Shown here: one piece after another, positions 8,908 to 17,467 of the stretch
Layout: each line of letters starts with the position of its first letter
Numbering within the stretch: position 1 is the stretch's first letter
Assembly: GCA_048938895.1 (NCBI GenBank)
Contig: JBHLLU010000005.1
Coordinates: forward strand, 1 to 64,000
Direction of reading: 5' to 3'
DNA length: 64,000 bases
DNA from: Promethearchaeota archaeon
Lineage (GTDB): Archaea; Asgardarchaeota; Lokiarchaeia; Sigyniarchaeales; SOKP01
Position numbers and translations under genes: made by a program
Notes under the pieces: generated by a model
The model's database searches: none
What the model saw: only the letters and a program-made list of their open reading frames with translations
Told to the model about the DNA's origin: nothing

Positions 8908-11900
8908 GTGAAAATATTGATTATTGAAATAATTCTATTAATAATTTTTCTCTTTTTTTTCGTATTTGGATTCTATATAATTTATCGTCAAGTCGCTTTA
9001 GTTAAAAAAGGTGAATTTAGCAACAAAGACAGATTTCAGTGTCTCATTTACGGTTTTATATTTAGTTTAGCTATTATGCTTGTTGTTTCTATAGGTTTCA
9101 TTTATACTGTACGCACACCTGATTTGTGGCAAGAATCACCTCCTAATATAAATCCTTTAGTCTTATTAATACCATTTATCTTTTGTTTGGGATACATTTC
9201 CGTATATCCCCTTATAGATTTTTTATTCATTGCTGTAAGTAAAGAATCTGATGAGGGATTGACTCCATTTCATGGAATAATTAATTCAAAATTGATTCAT
9301 AGATTCAAAAAAAAACCACTGGCTTTATTAATTGCTATTTCATTCTATTTTTTGGTTTTCGTCTTTCCTCCTATTATTTTATCGCTTTTAGGATTACCAT
9401 TAATAATGATATGGATAAGTTGGGTGCTTGTATACCCATTAATGATACTGACATTCTATGGTTCAAAGGGATACATAGCAGGAATTTCCAATGCCTACTA
9501 TCATATTCCAGATATCAAGAGGTCAATCTTTTTGAATTTCGAAGATTCTAAACGAGGTATGAAACAGTTTCTTTCAGAACCAATTCACTATATTGTTATG
9601 GGTTTAATGTTGTTTGTATTTATCTGGGCGTGGATTTCTTTATTCCAAACAATCGGGTTTTTTTTCACGGGATCATTAGCTATATCTACTATGTCTTCTT
9701 CTTTCGTTTTTGTAACCTTATTTTTTGGTATTATTGGTTATTTTACGCGATTCTGGGGAAGGAAAATTAAATATCGGGGAATTGATATCTATTTTGCAGC
9801 CTATCTGATGGCAGCTATAGGTATTAATGTACTAGTTAATTTTTTAATTGTAAATTATAAAAAATTGTACTATACATTTAATCTTTGGAATATAACGAGT
9901 CAAATTACAGCTAATCATAAAATGTTCGCATGGGCTGCTGTAATTGAAGAAATTGTCTTAATAATATTTACTTCATACTTTTTTTTGACTCGAACAAATA
10001 ATTTTATTAGAAATATTAAGATTTCTAAAATCTCTGGATCAGGTCAATTGTTTGATCCCATACCTTTATTTAATTTCATTAAAAATTCTGATCCGAATAT
10101 AAGTAAACATGCGGAAGATACAATATTATTGATGTTTGAGAGAATTCCTATGAAATCAGAAGTAGATCTAAATAATTGGAGATTTAAGAACTCAATTTTA
10201 GATGGATTGTGTGATTTTAATCCTAAGGCAAGAAATATCAGTTATAAGATTTTAGAACAGCTTAGTAGAGATATTCCAGATATTGTTATGCCTTGGATAA
10301 TAGAAGCTTTAGAATCGCCTAATTATGATAAAAACGTTCCTGTTTTAAAATTACTCTTGAATGCTGATAAGAATCTCCTAAAAAAATTACCTGAGCAAAT
10401 AATTTTTAATCTTTTAGATGATTCAGAATGGAGATTCAAATTACTAGGATTAAAACTATTATCTCGATTGTCAAAAGAGAACATTGATTTAATTACAACG
10501 ATTGATTATAAAAAACTCTTAAATGACCCTAGTAGCATGATTCAAATAGAAATTTTAGAAATATTAGCTAATTCTTCACAAAATTTACCAGATAGCATTA
10601 TAATAGATAAGATTTTTAATACAAATGATGAAATTAGTGCTGCAGCCATAAAAAATTTAAGAAACCTTAGTAAAGAAGGATTTAATGAGAAATTAATATC
10701 AAAAATAATCCCTGCCATGAAATATCCATCGAGTTCTGTGAGAGCTGCAATTTTTAATATACTTGCAGCAGTAGGAAAATTTAAAAAAAATAAAATTCCA
10801 CTTTTACCCCTTTTGGAAGGATTAAGTGATTTCGATGATTACGTAAGAAATTCTGCAATTTCAGCACTTACAAAATATTTTGAGGAGCTTCCAAATCAAC
10901 TAGATTTGGATGAAATAATACATAAAATTGATCCGAATAATACTGAAACATTAAACACAATTTTAAGTTTACTTGGAAGATTATGGAATCATGATCCAGA
11001 AAAAATCTTAACAACGATGCTAATCTTCATAAAATTTAAGGATGATCAGATAAAAACTAATATTTCTAATATCCTCATTAAAAATTATTCTCATGATCCC
11101 GATTTAATCATTCAAAATTTAATTAAGCTACCTGACGATTCTGGTTATCTCACGAAAGGGACTATTACTAAAACGATTATTAATATTGGAAAGAAGAATC
11201 CTACTATTTTAATTAAAAATCTGTTCAACTTCCTGAATAGTGAGAATGAAGATATTAAACTAAATGCTATTAATAGTATTAATGGTTTAATTGAAGAATT
11301 GCCATATGATCTTGATGTTAAACCCCTTTTAAAAATTTTAAACGAGGATCAAAATAACCAACTAAAAAAAGAATCATCAAAATTAATCTCAAACATAGCA
11401 AAATCTAATCCTCATGCTGTAAAATCTTTAGTACCAGACTTCATGAAAGCTATAAATCTTCAAGATTCCTCTGTCCAAATTGTTTTATTTAAATCTTTAC
11501 AAGAAATTGCGGCAATTTCCCCAGAATTAATTCCGTCAGGTACTATTATAGAATATTTATCTGATTCAGATTCTTTTATCCGTGAAACAAATACCAAAAT
11601 ACTCGGACTTATTGGACATATAAATCCTCTAGAAATTTCTGATGCTCTAATAAATATTGCATTAAAAGATGAGGATTGGATTGTTCGGGAAGCAGCAGTG
11701 TCAAGTTTAGGGAAAATTGTTGATCATATTCAAGATAAGAAAAACATTATTGAGAAACTTGTTTCTTTACTTGATGCGGAAGAAAGTTGGGTTCTTAGAT
11801 CTGTATTAATTATTTTATCTCAAATACAAGAAGTTAATGAGAACGTTCTTCCTTTTGAAAAACTGAATAAATGTTTAACTAATAAAGATCCGAAAGTAAG

Positions 11901-12255
11901 AGAAGCTTCAGCAAATTTATTAACTATTTACAGTTCTCAAATTAATAAACTATTTGATAATATTCTTAAATTGCTTGGTGATGAGGTAAAAGAGATAAGA
12001 ACCAGTACGATTAATAGCCTTGTAAAAATTATTCAAGATCAGGGCATAATTCTAATTCTATCGAAGCTTCTGAAAAATCTCAGTGATGAGGGTACGATTG
12101 AAATTCAACGATCTATTGCCTTAATTTTAGGTCGTACCACTCAATACGAAGATGAAAAAACTAAAAAAAGAGTAGTATCACTTCTAAAAATACGATGTGA
12201 AATGAGTCAAGATCCGATAATATGCAGTACCTTTCAAAAGCTTAAAGAAGGATAG
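8908..12255 (+). CDS. Polytopic membrane protein (about 9 TM helices) fused to a long HEAT-repeat solenoid
   Basis: Hydrophobic aa 1-360, then repeats such as DFDDYVRNSAISAL, DEDWIVREAAVSSLG, KDPKVREASANLL. Confidence 0.85.
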   Translation: MKILIIEIILLIIFLFFFVFGFYIIYRQVALVKKGEFSNKDRFQCLIYGFIFSLAIMLVVSIGFIYTVRTPDLWQESPPNINPLVLLIPFIFCLGYISVYPLIDFLFIAVSKESDEGLTPFHGIINSKLIHRFKKKPLALLIAISFYFLVFVFPPIILSLLGLPLIMIWISWVLVYPLMILTFYGSKGYIAGISNAYYHIPDIKRSIFLNFEDSKRGMKQFLSEPIHYIVMGLMLFVFIWAWISLFQTIGFFFTGSLAISTMSSSFVFVTLFFGIIGYFTRFWGRKIKYRGIDIYFAAYLMAAIGINVLVNFLIVNYKKLYYTFNLWNITSQITANHKMFAWAAVIEEIVLIIFTSYFFLTRTNNFIRNIKISKISGSGQLFDPIPLFNFIKNSDPNISKHAEDTILLMFERIPMKSEVDLNNWRFKNSILDGLCDFNPKARNISYKILEQLSRDIPDIVMPWIIEALESPNYDKNVPVLKLLLNADKNLLKKLPEQIIFNLLDDSEWRFKLLGLKLLSRLSKENIDLITTIDYKKLLNDPSSMIQIEILEILANSSQNLPDSIIIDKIFNTNDEISAAAIKNLRNLSKEGFNEKLISKIIPAMKYPSSSVRAAIFNILAAVGKFKKNKIPLLPLLEGLSDFDDYVRNSAISALTKYFEELPNQLDLDEIIHKIDPNNTETLNTILSLLGRLWNHDPEKILTTMLIFIKFKDDQIKTNISNILIKNYSHDPDLIIQNLIKLPDDSGYLTKGTITKTIINIGKKNPTILIKNLFNFLNSENEDIKLNAINSINGLIEELPYDLDVKPLLKILNEDQNNQLKKESSKLISNIAKSNPHAVKSLVPDFMKAINLQDSSVQIVLFKSLQEIAAISPELIPSGTIIEYLSDSDSFIRETNTKILGLIGHINPLEISDALINIALKDEDWIVREAAVSSLGKIVDHIQDKKNIIEKLVSLLDAEESWVLRSVLIILSQIQEVNENVLPFEKLNKCLTNKDPKVREASANLLTIYSSQINKLFDNILKLLGDEVKEIRTSTINSLVKIIQDQGIILILSKLLKNLSDEGTIEIQRSIALILGRTTQYEDEKTKKRVVSLLKIRCEMSQDPIICSTFQKLKEG

Positions 12256-12495
12256 AAAATAGAGTATAAACCCAAAAGACTTACATTACTAAATCTATTC
12301 TCTCATCCATTTTTTAAATTTAATGATTTATTCACAGTTTAATAACCTATCCCTTAATATGAGCATTAAAATAACATAAAATAAATAAATTAAATATTCG
12401 ATTTTATAAAATTAGAGTGATTTAACACGACAACCCCGCTGACTAATCCTACAATTCCAGTAAACAGAATTCAGAAATTTGAGGATTTCTATCGG

Positions 12496-14556
12496 TTGTT
12501 TCAAGAAAAACCGGGAGAATATAAATACTTGGATCAAATAAACAATACATTTTCAAAAGGAGGAAATACCTTAATTATTTTTTATGAAGATTTATTAGCA
12601 TTTGATCCTCAGATTGCTGAAAAACTAAAAAAAGATCCTGAAGCTTTATTGGAGGATGCTTTAGAGGCTTTTAAAAATATTCTAAAATTCCAAGGAACAG
12701 TATTAGCTGATCAAAATTATTTTGTTCGGATAGCAACTAAAGATGATAAAAGTTCATTGTTCACCCATCTTAGAGGGCTAAGAGCAAACAATATAGACAA
12801 ATTAATATGGACCAAAGGAATATTGGTTAGATGTTCTACTATCAGACCAAAATTAGTTAAAGCTCTCTTTGAATGTGCGATATGTGGTAGTCAATTTGAA
12901 GTAATTCAACTAACGTCGAGGATAAAATGGCCTAATTTTTGTATTGGAAAACAATGTAAAGCCAAATCTCAATCAGATTTTAGACTTATATCAAAATCTT
13001 CAGAATTTATTGATTGGCAAAGTATTATGCTCCAAGAAATTCCCGAAGATTTACCACCAGGAAGAATTCCCAGATCTGTTCAGGCTATCTTAACCCATGA
13101 TTTAGTTGATACGGTTAAACCTGGAGACAGAATAAAGACAATGGGTATCTTTAAATCAGTTTTAGCCCAATCAAAACAAAGTTATAATTCAACTTTATTC
13201 AAAACATTTATTGATGTTAATTATATCGATCCTGAAGATAAAAGTGAAGATTTAATTGAATTATCAAAAGAGGATAAAAAAAGAATTGAAGAATTATCAA
13301 AAGAACCTATGATTCAAAAGAAAATCGCGCGGTCAATTAGTCCTAATATTTATGGTCGAGAACAACTAAAAATGGCTTGTGCTTTATGTTTATTCGGAGG
13401 AACAAGAAGAAAAAAACCAGGAGGAGGGTATAAAAGAGGGGATATCCATTTTCTTGTAGTAGGTGATCCTGGTACAGGGAAATCAGAAATCCTAAAAGGG
13501 GCCGTAGATGTTTCACCAAGAGGGTTGTATACTTCTGGAAAAGGTTCAACTGGTGTTGGTCTTACTGCGGCTGTAATAAAAGAAAGTGATACAGGACAGA
13601 TGAATCTTGAAGCAGGGGTCGTTGTTTTAGCAAATGGGGGTGTAGCTGCAATTGATGAATTTGATAAAATGGATACAGCTGATCGATCCGCTTTACACGA
13701 AGCGATGGAGCAGCAAACTGTGAGTATAGCAAAAGCAGGAATAGTTGCTACTTTAAAAGCTCAAACTGCAATAATCGCCGCGGCAAACCCATATTCTGGT
13801 AGGTATGACAGATATAAAACTCCTACTCAAAATATACGTTTGCCTCCATCACTTTTATCTCGTTTTGATTTAATATTTGTTGTTGTCGACCGACCTAACC
13901 CTTCTGAAGATGCCCAGATGGCAGAATTCATATTGACAAATTCTATGGTTAAACCAGAGGAAAATTTTGAGGATCTCAATGAAAAATATGCACCCATACC
14001 AAATGAACTTATCAAGAAATATATTAAACATGCAAGACGAACTTATCATCCTATACTATCAAATGAAGCAAAAGATAGAATAAAAGATTTTTATTTAGAA
14101 TTAAGGAATCAGTATGACAGTGAAGATGCGATTATATCAATATTGGCAAGAAATTTAGACGCTCTTGTTAGATTAAGCGAAGCACATGCAAAAATGGGAT
14201 TAAGAGACAAAGTAAATAAAGAAGATGTAGAAGAAATTATCAAATTGTTTAAAAGGTATCTTAAAGATACAGGGTATGATGAAACATCAGGTAAAATTGA
14301 TATGGATAGAATTTTCGTTGGCCAATCGAGGAGTAATCTTAACAGACTTGAATCTTTAATGAATAGATTGAAGGAAATATTTGAAGAAAATAACTGGAGG
14401 TCCCTTGACAAAAATAACGTAATTCAAGTCTTAGAGTTAGAGGAAAACTTAGATAAGAAGTTTATCGAAAACGCACTTCAAGAACTGGTAAAAGAAGGAA
14501 CACTTTATGAACCAAAGAACAATTTCATTAAATTTACAAATAAGGATTTACTGTAG
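12496..14556 (+). CDS. mcm: MCM replicative helicase; true start probably upstream (ACG 12427 or CTG 12439)
   Basis: CAICG..C....C Zn motif, GDPGTGKS Walker A, IDEFDKM Walker B, SRFD arginine finger, C-terminal wHTH; no intein. Confidence 0.98.
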   Translation: MFQEKPGEYKYLDQINNTFSKGGNTLIIFYEDLLAFDPQIAEKLKKDPEALLEDALEAFKNILKFQGTVLADQNYFVRIATKDDKSSLFTHLRGLRANNIDKLIWTKGILVRCSTIRPKLVKALFECAICGSQFEVIQLTSRIKWPNFCIGKQCKAKSQSDFRLISKSSEFIDWQSIMLQEIPEDLPPGRIPRSVQAILTHDLVDTVKPGDRIKTMGIFKSVLAQSKQSYNSTLFKTFIDVNYIDPEDKSEDLIELSKEDKKRIEELSKEPMIQKKIARSISPNIYGREQLKMACALCLFGGTRRKKPGGGYKRGDIHFLVVGDPGTGKSEILKGAVDVSPRGLYTSGKGSTGVGLTAAVIKESDTGQMNLEAGVVVLANGGVAAIDEFDKMDTADRSALHEAMEQQTVSIAKAGIVATLKAQTAIIAAANPYSGRYDRYKTPTQNIRLPPSLLSRFDLIFVVVDRPNPSEDAQMAEFILTNSMVKPEENFEDLNEKYAPIPNELIKKYIKHARRTYHPILSNEAKDRIKDFYLELRNQYDSEDAIISILARNLDALVRLSEAHAKMGLRDKVNKEDVEEIIKLFKRYLKDTGYDETSGKIDMDRIFVGQSRSNLNRLESLMNRLKEIFEENNWRSLDKNNVIQVLELEENLDKKFIENALQELVKEGTLYEPKNNFIKFTNKDLL

Positions 14557-14580
14557 ATTCTAACAAATAGTTATAACTCT

Positions 14581-15093
14581 TTATATAGCATATTTTGATA
14601 TTAATGAAAAGGCGAATTCAACATTATCACCTGTTTTAGCAGAAGTAAACAAAACTTCTTTCGCTTTAATACGTTTTCCAAGTGAGAATATCTCCTCTTT
14701 TTCTAATTTATTTGATAAATCATCTTTGTTAGCAAGCAAAATAATTGGTATGCTAGAACAATAGTTCATAATATCTAGTACCCAAAACCTCTCAATTTGA
14801 TCAAATGTGTTTTTTCTAGTCAAATCACCTACAATTAGTATGCCTTTAGCCCCTGAATAATACGATCGTCGTATGTTTATCCAACGTTCTTGTCCAGCAA
14901 TATCCCATAATTGAAGGCTAACATTTTTATTATCCTCAAGTGGAATTCTTTTTGTGTAGATATTAGTGCCAATACTTGCCTTATAATCCCTATTAAATTG
15001 ACCTGATACATACTTTTTGACTAAACTAGTCTTGCCTACTGCTGGTTCTCCCACTATAATTACTTTTAGCGTGATTTTCTTGTTATTGGTCAT
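14581..15093 (-). CDS. Rab/Ras-like small GTPase
   Basis: G1 GEPAVGKT, G3 WDIAGQE, G4 NKDD, G5 TSAK; no C-terminal prenylation cysteines. Confidence 0.95.
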   Translation of the reverse strand: MTNNKKITLKVIIVGEPAVGKTSLVKKYVSGQFNRDYKASIGTNIYTKRIPLEDNKNVSLQLWDIAGQERWINIRRSYYSGAKGILIVGDLTRKNTFDQIERFWVLDIMNYCSSIPIILLANKDDLSNKLEKEEIFSLGKRIKAKEVLFTSAKTGDNVEFAFSLISKYAI

Positions 15094-15196
15094 ATATGAG
15101 TAATCCTATGAAGAAACTTTTTTAAGGTTATACTAAATATAAAAAGTATCATAATTTAAAGAATAATTGCTATAAAAAAATTATAGAGAAAGTACC

Positions 15197-16288
15197 ATGA
15201 CCGTAGGAATTGTTTATGATCCAATTTATTTGGAACACCAAACTGGAACTGATCCTGAGAGTCCTAGTAGATTAATCGCTATAATGGACTTTTTAAAGGA
15301 AAAGGGTATGCTGGAAGATCCAAATTATGCCTTTATTAAACCAAGGAAAGCCAGTTTGGATCAAATTCGATATGTCCATGACGATCAAATGATAAAAGAA
15401 ATACAAGATATCTGTGAATTAAGTGCTAAAACGCAACATATTCAATATTTAGATGCGGATACTGCCGTATCTCCTAAAACTTATGAAGCATCCCTTTACT
15501 CTGTAGGAGGTAATTTACAAGCTGTTGATGAAATATTAGATGGAAATATCCAGAATGCTTTTGCTTTAGTTAGACCTCCCGGACATCACTCTGATTCTCA
15601 TAAATTTGCTGGTTTTTGTATTTTCAATAACATTGCTGTGACTGCTGAATACCTCTTCAGAGAAAAAGGTATAAAACGCGTTGCAATAATTGATTGGGAT
15701 TGTCACCATGGTAATGGAACACAATCGATCTTTTACTATGGTTCTGAATCCGAATCAGGAGAACTTGTAATGTTCAACTCTCAACAATATGGCTTTTTCT
15801 ATCCTGGTAGTGGGAATTATGACGAGATTGGTAAGGGAAATGGTGCGGGTAAAATTATTAATTATCCAATGCCCGCTGGAACTGCTGAAGATGCAATCCC
15901 AATATTTTTTGAAGAAATAATATCTCCAATATGTCATGAATTTAAGCCTGAATTTATACTAATCTCTGCTGGATTTGATACTCATTGGACTGATAGCTTA
16001 ACAAACATGAATTGGACATACCAAGCTCCTGCAAGATATTTAGAAATGATAAAAACAATCGCTTCCAAATTTGCAAAAGATAGGATTCTTATTACACTCG
16101 AAGGTGGGTATGCTATTGATAAACAAGCACGAGCGGTATACAATTGCTTAAAAGTCCTTAATAATGAAAACAATAAACTCATTGAAGAAGAATCAAGAAC
16201 ATCAAGAAAAGAGTTATTAGAGTATTTCAATCAAAGATTAATCCCAGCATTAAAAAATAAATTACAACCTTATTGGGATTGTTTTTAA
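15197..16288 (+). CDS. Histone deacetylase (class II/AcuC-like) family Zn-dependent deacetylase
   Basis: RPPGHH, GFCIFNN, DWDCHHGNGTQ, SAGFD, LEGGY. Confidence 0.95.
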   Translation: MTVGIVYDPIYLEHQTGTDPESPSRLIAIMDFLKEKGMLEDPNYAFIKPRKASLDQIRYVHDDQMIKEIQDICELSAKTQHIQYLDADTAVSPKTYEASLYSVGGNLQAVDEILDGNIQNAFALVRPPGHHSDSHKFAGFCIFNNIAVTAEYLFREKGIKRVAIIDWDCHHGNGTQSIFYYGSESESGELVMFNSQQYGFFYPGSGNYDEIGKGNGAGKIINYPMPAGTAEDAIPIFFEEIISPICHEFKPEFILISAGFDTHWTDSLTNMNWTYQAPARYLEMIKTIASKFAKDRILITLEGGYAIDKQARAVYNCLKVLNNENNKLIEEESRTSRKELLEYFNQRLIPALKNKLQPYWDCF

Positions 16289-16404
16289 TATCTTCTATTC
16301 AGAGTAATTTTAGATCACTTTTATACATTAATTTATAAAGTTGAATACCATATTTATGTTAAATAACCAATAAATAATGTTAAAAATAAATTAAGGAGAT
16401 TAAT

Positions 16405-17265
16405 TTGTCGTACGAATATGAGAGAGATGATGAAGAAGAAAAAGAACAAAAACCTTTAACACCACCTTCAATGCCACCTCCTTCACAACCTCCATCATTA
16501 ACACCTCCACCTTCAATGCCGCCTCCTTCTCAACCACCCCAACCTGCTTATGAACCAGCCCCTCAACCTACTTTTGAGCCAACCCCCACTACCTCTGTAG
16601 GACCAAGCCAAACAGATTATGATTCTGTAATGGCTCAACTACAAAATAAAGACTCATCCATTAGTCAGCTTCAAAATCAGTTAAACCAAGTAAAAGCTCA
16701 ATACTCTACATTAAATGCTCAACTTCTCGAAAAGGATAATCAAGTCAATCGATTAACTAGTCAAGTCCAATCACTTCAATCTTCTTTAGAAGGATATCTA
16801 CAACAAGTAAATCAGCTTACAGATGAAAAAGCTCAATTACAAGCACACATCCCAGGACTCCAACAACAAGTTCAAGAATTACAACAGCATAATTCAATGT
16901 TACAACAACAAATTGGACCATTACAATCCCAAATTGCTAAACTGCAAGAAGAAGTTACTTATAAAGAAAAGCGTATTGAGGAATTAAAAGAACCAAAAGC
17001 AGTAATGCCTTCAAGTTTAGCCCAAGGAATTACTTCCCAGGAAACAACTGGTTACGGCACAACACCTTCTTATACAACTCCTAGTCAAGTTTCCACTCCA
17101 AGTCCAGCTATGCCTACAGGAACAGGAAGAAGAATATGCCCTAATTGCGGCGCCTCGGGTTTCGCTGTAAAAGAAGTTGAAGATAAAACTCGTATAATTA
17201 GTTACATTCCCAAACCGATTTATGCGAAGAAACAGGTATGCACAAAATGCGGATTTGAGTTTTAA
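16405..17265 (+). CDS. Proline-rich / coiled-coil / C-terminal Zn-ribbon protein
   Basis: PPSMPPPSQPP twice, about 125-aa Gln-rich heptad region, CPNCG...CTKCG; SD AAGGAG before the TTG start. Confidence 0.85.
   Translation: MSYEYERDDEEEKEQKPLTPPSMPPPSQPPSLTPPPSMPPPSQPPQPAYEPAPQPTFEPTPTTSVGPSQTDYDSVMAQLQNKDSSISQLQNQLNQVKAQYSTLNAQLLEKDNQVNRLTSQVQSLQSSLEGYLQQVNQLTDEKAQLQAHIPGLQQQVQELQQHNSMLQQQIGPLQSQIAKLQEEVTYKEKRIEELKEPKAVMPSSLAQGITSQETTGYGTTPSYTTPSQVSTPSPAMPTGTGRRICPNCGASGFAVKEVEDKTRIISYIPKPIYAKKQVCTKCGFEF
16462..16535 (+). repeat. Two-copy 29-bp intragenic direct repeat encoding PPSMPPPSQP
   Basis: ccaccttcaatgccacctccttcacaacc (16462-16490) versus ccaccttcaatgccgcctccttctcaacc (16507-16535); differences only at third codon positions. 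Confidence 0.85.
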
Positions 17266-17467
17266 TAATTAGAATTTTAGTAAAAACTAAGATAAATTTT
17301 GACTTAGCAATTCTCTTCTTTCTTATTTTTCACAAATGAGATATCATTCATTGTTTAAAAACCACTTTTAAAAAATTAGATCGTTTAAAAGATTTGGTGG
17401 AAAATTATATATAGTATTATTAAGATTATAATTGCAATTGGAAATTTACTGTTCATTTTAGTTTAGT

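Noticed and set aside
12256-12420. Replication origin near mcm/gins
   Set aside because: No cdc6/orc1 gene and no repeated ORB-like G-string motifs in the intergenic DNA.
2653-14556. Possible inteins in Top6B or MCM
   Set aside because: MCM is normal length. The Top6B inserts lack Cys/Ser starts, His-Asn ends and LAGLIDADG motifs.
15197-16288. HDAC as evidence of eukaryote-like histone modification
   Set aside because: The family is widespread in prokaryotes (AcuC/polyamine deacetylases), and the substrate cannot be inferred from sequence.
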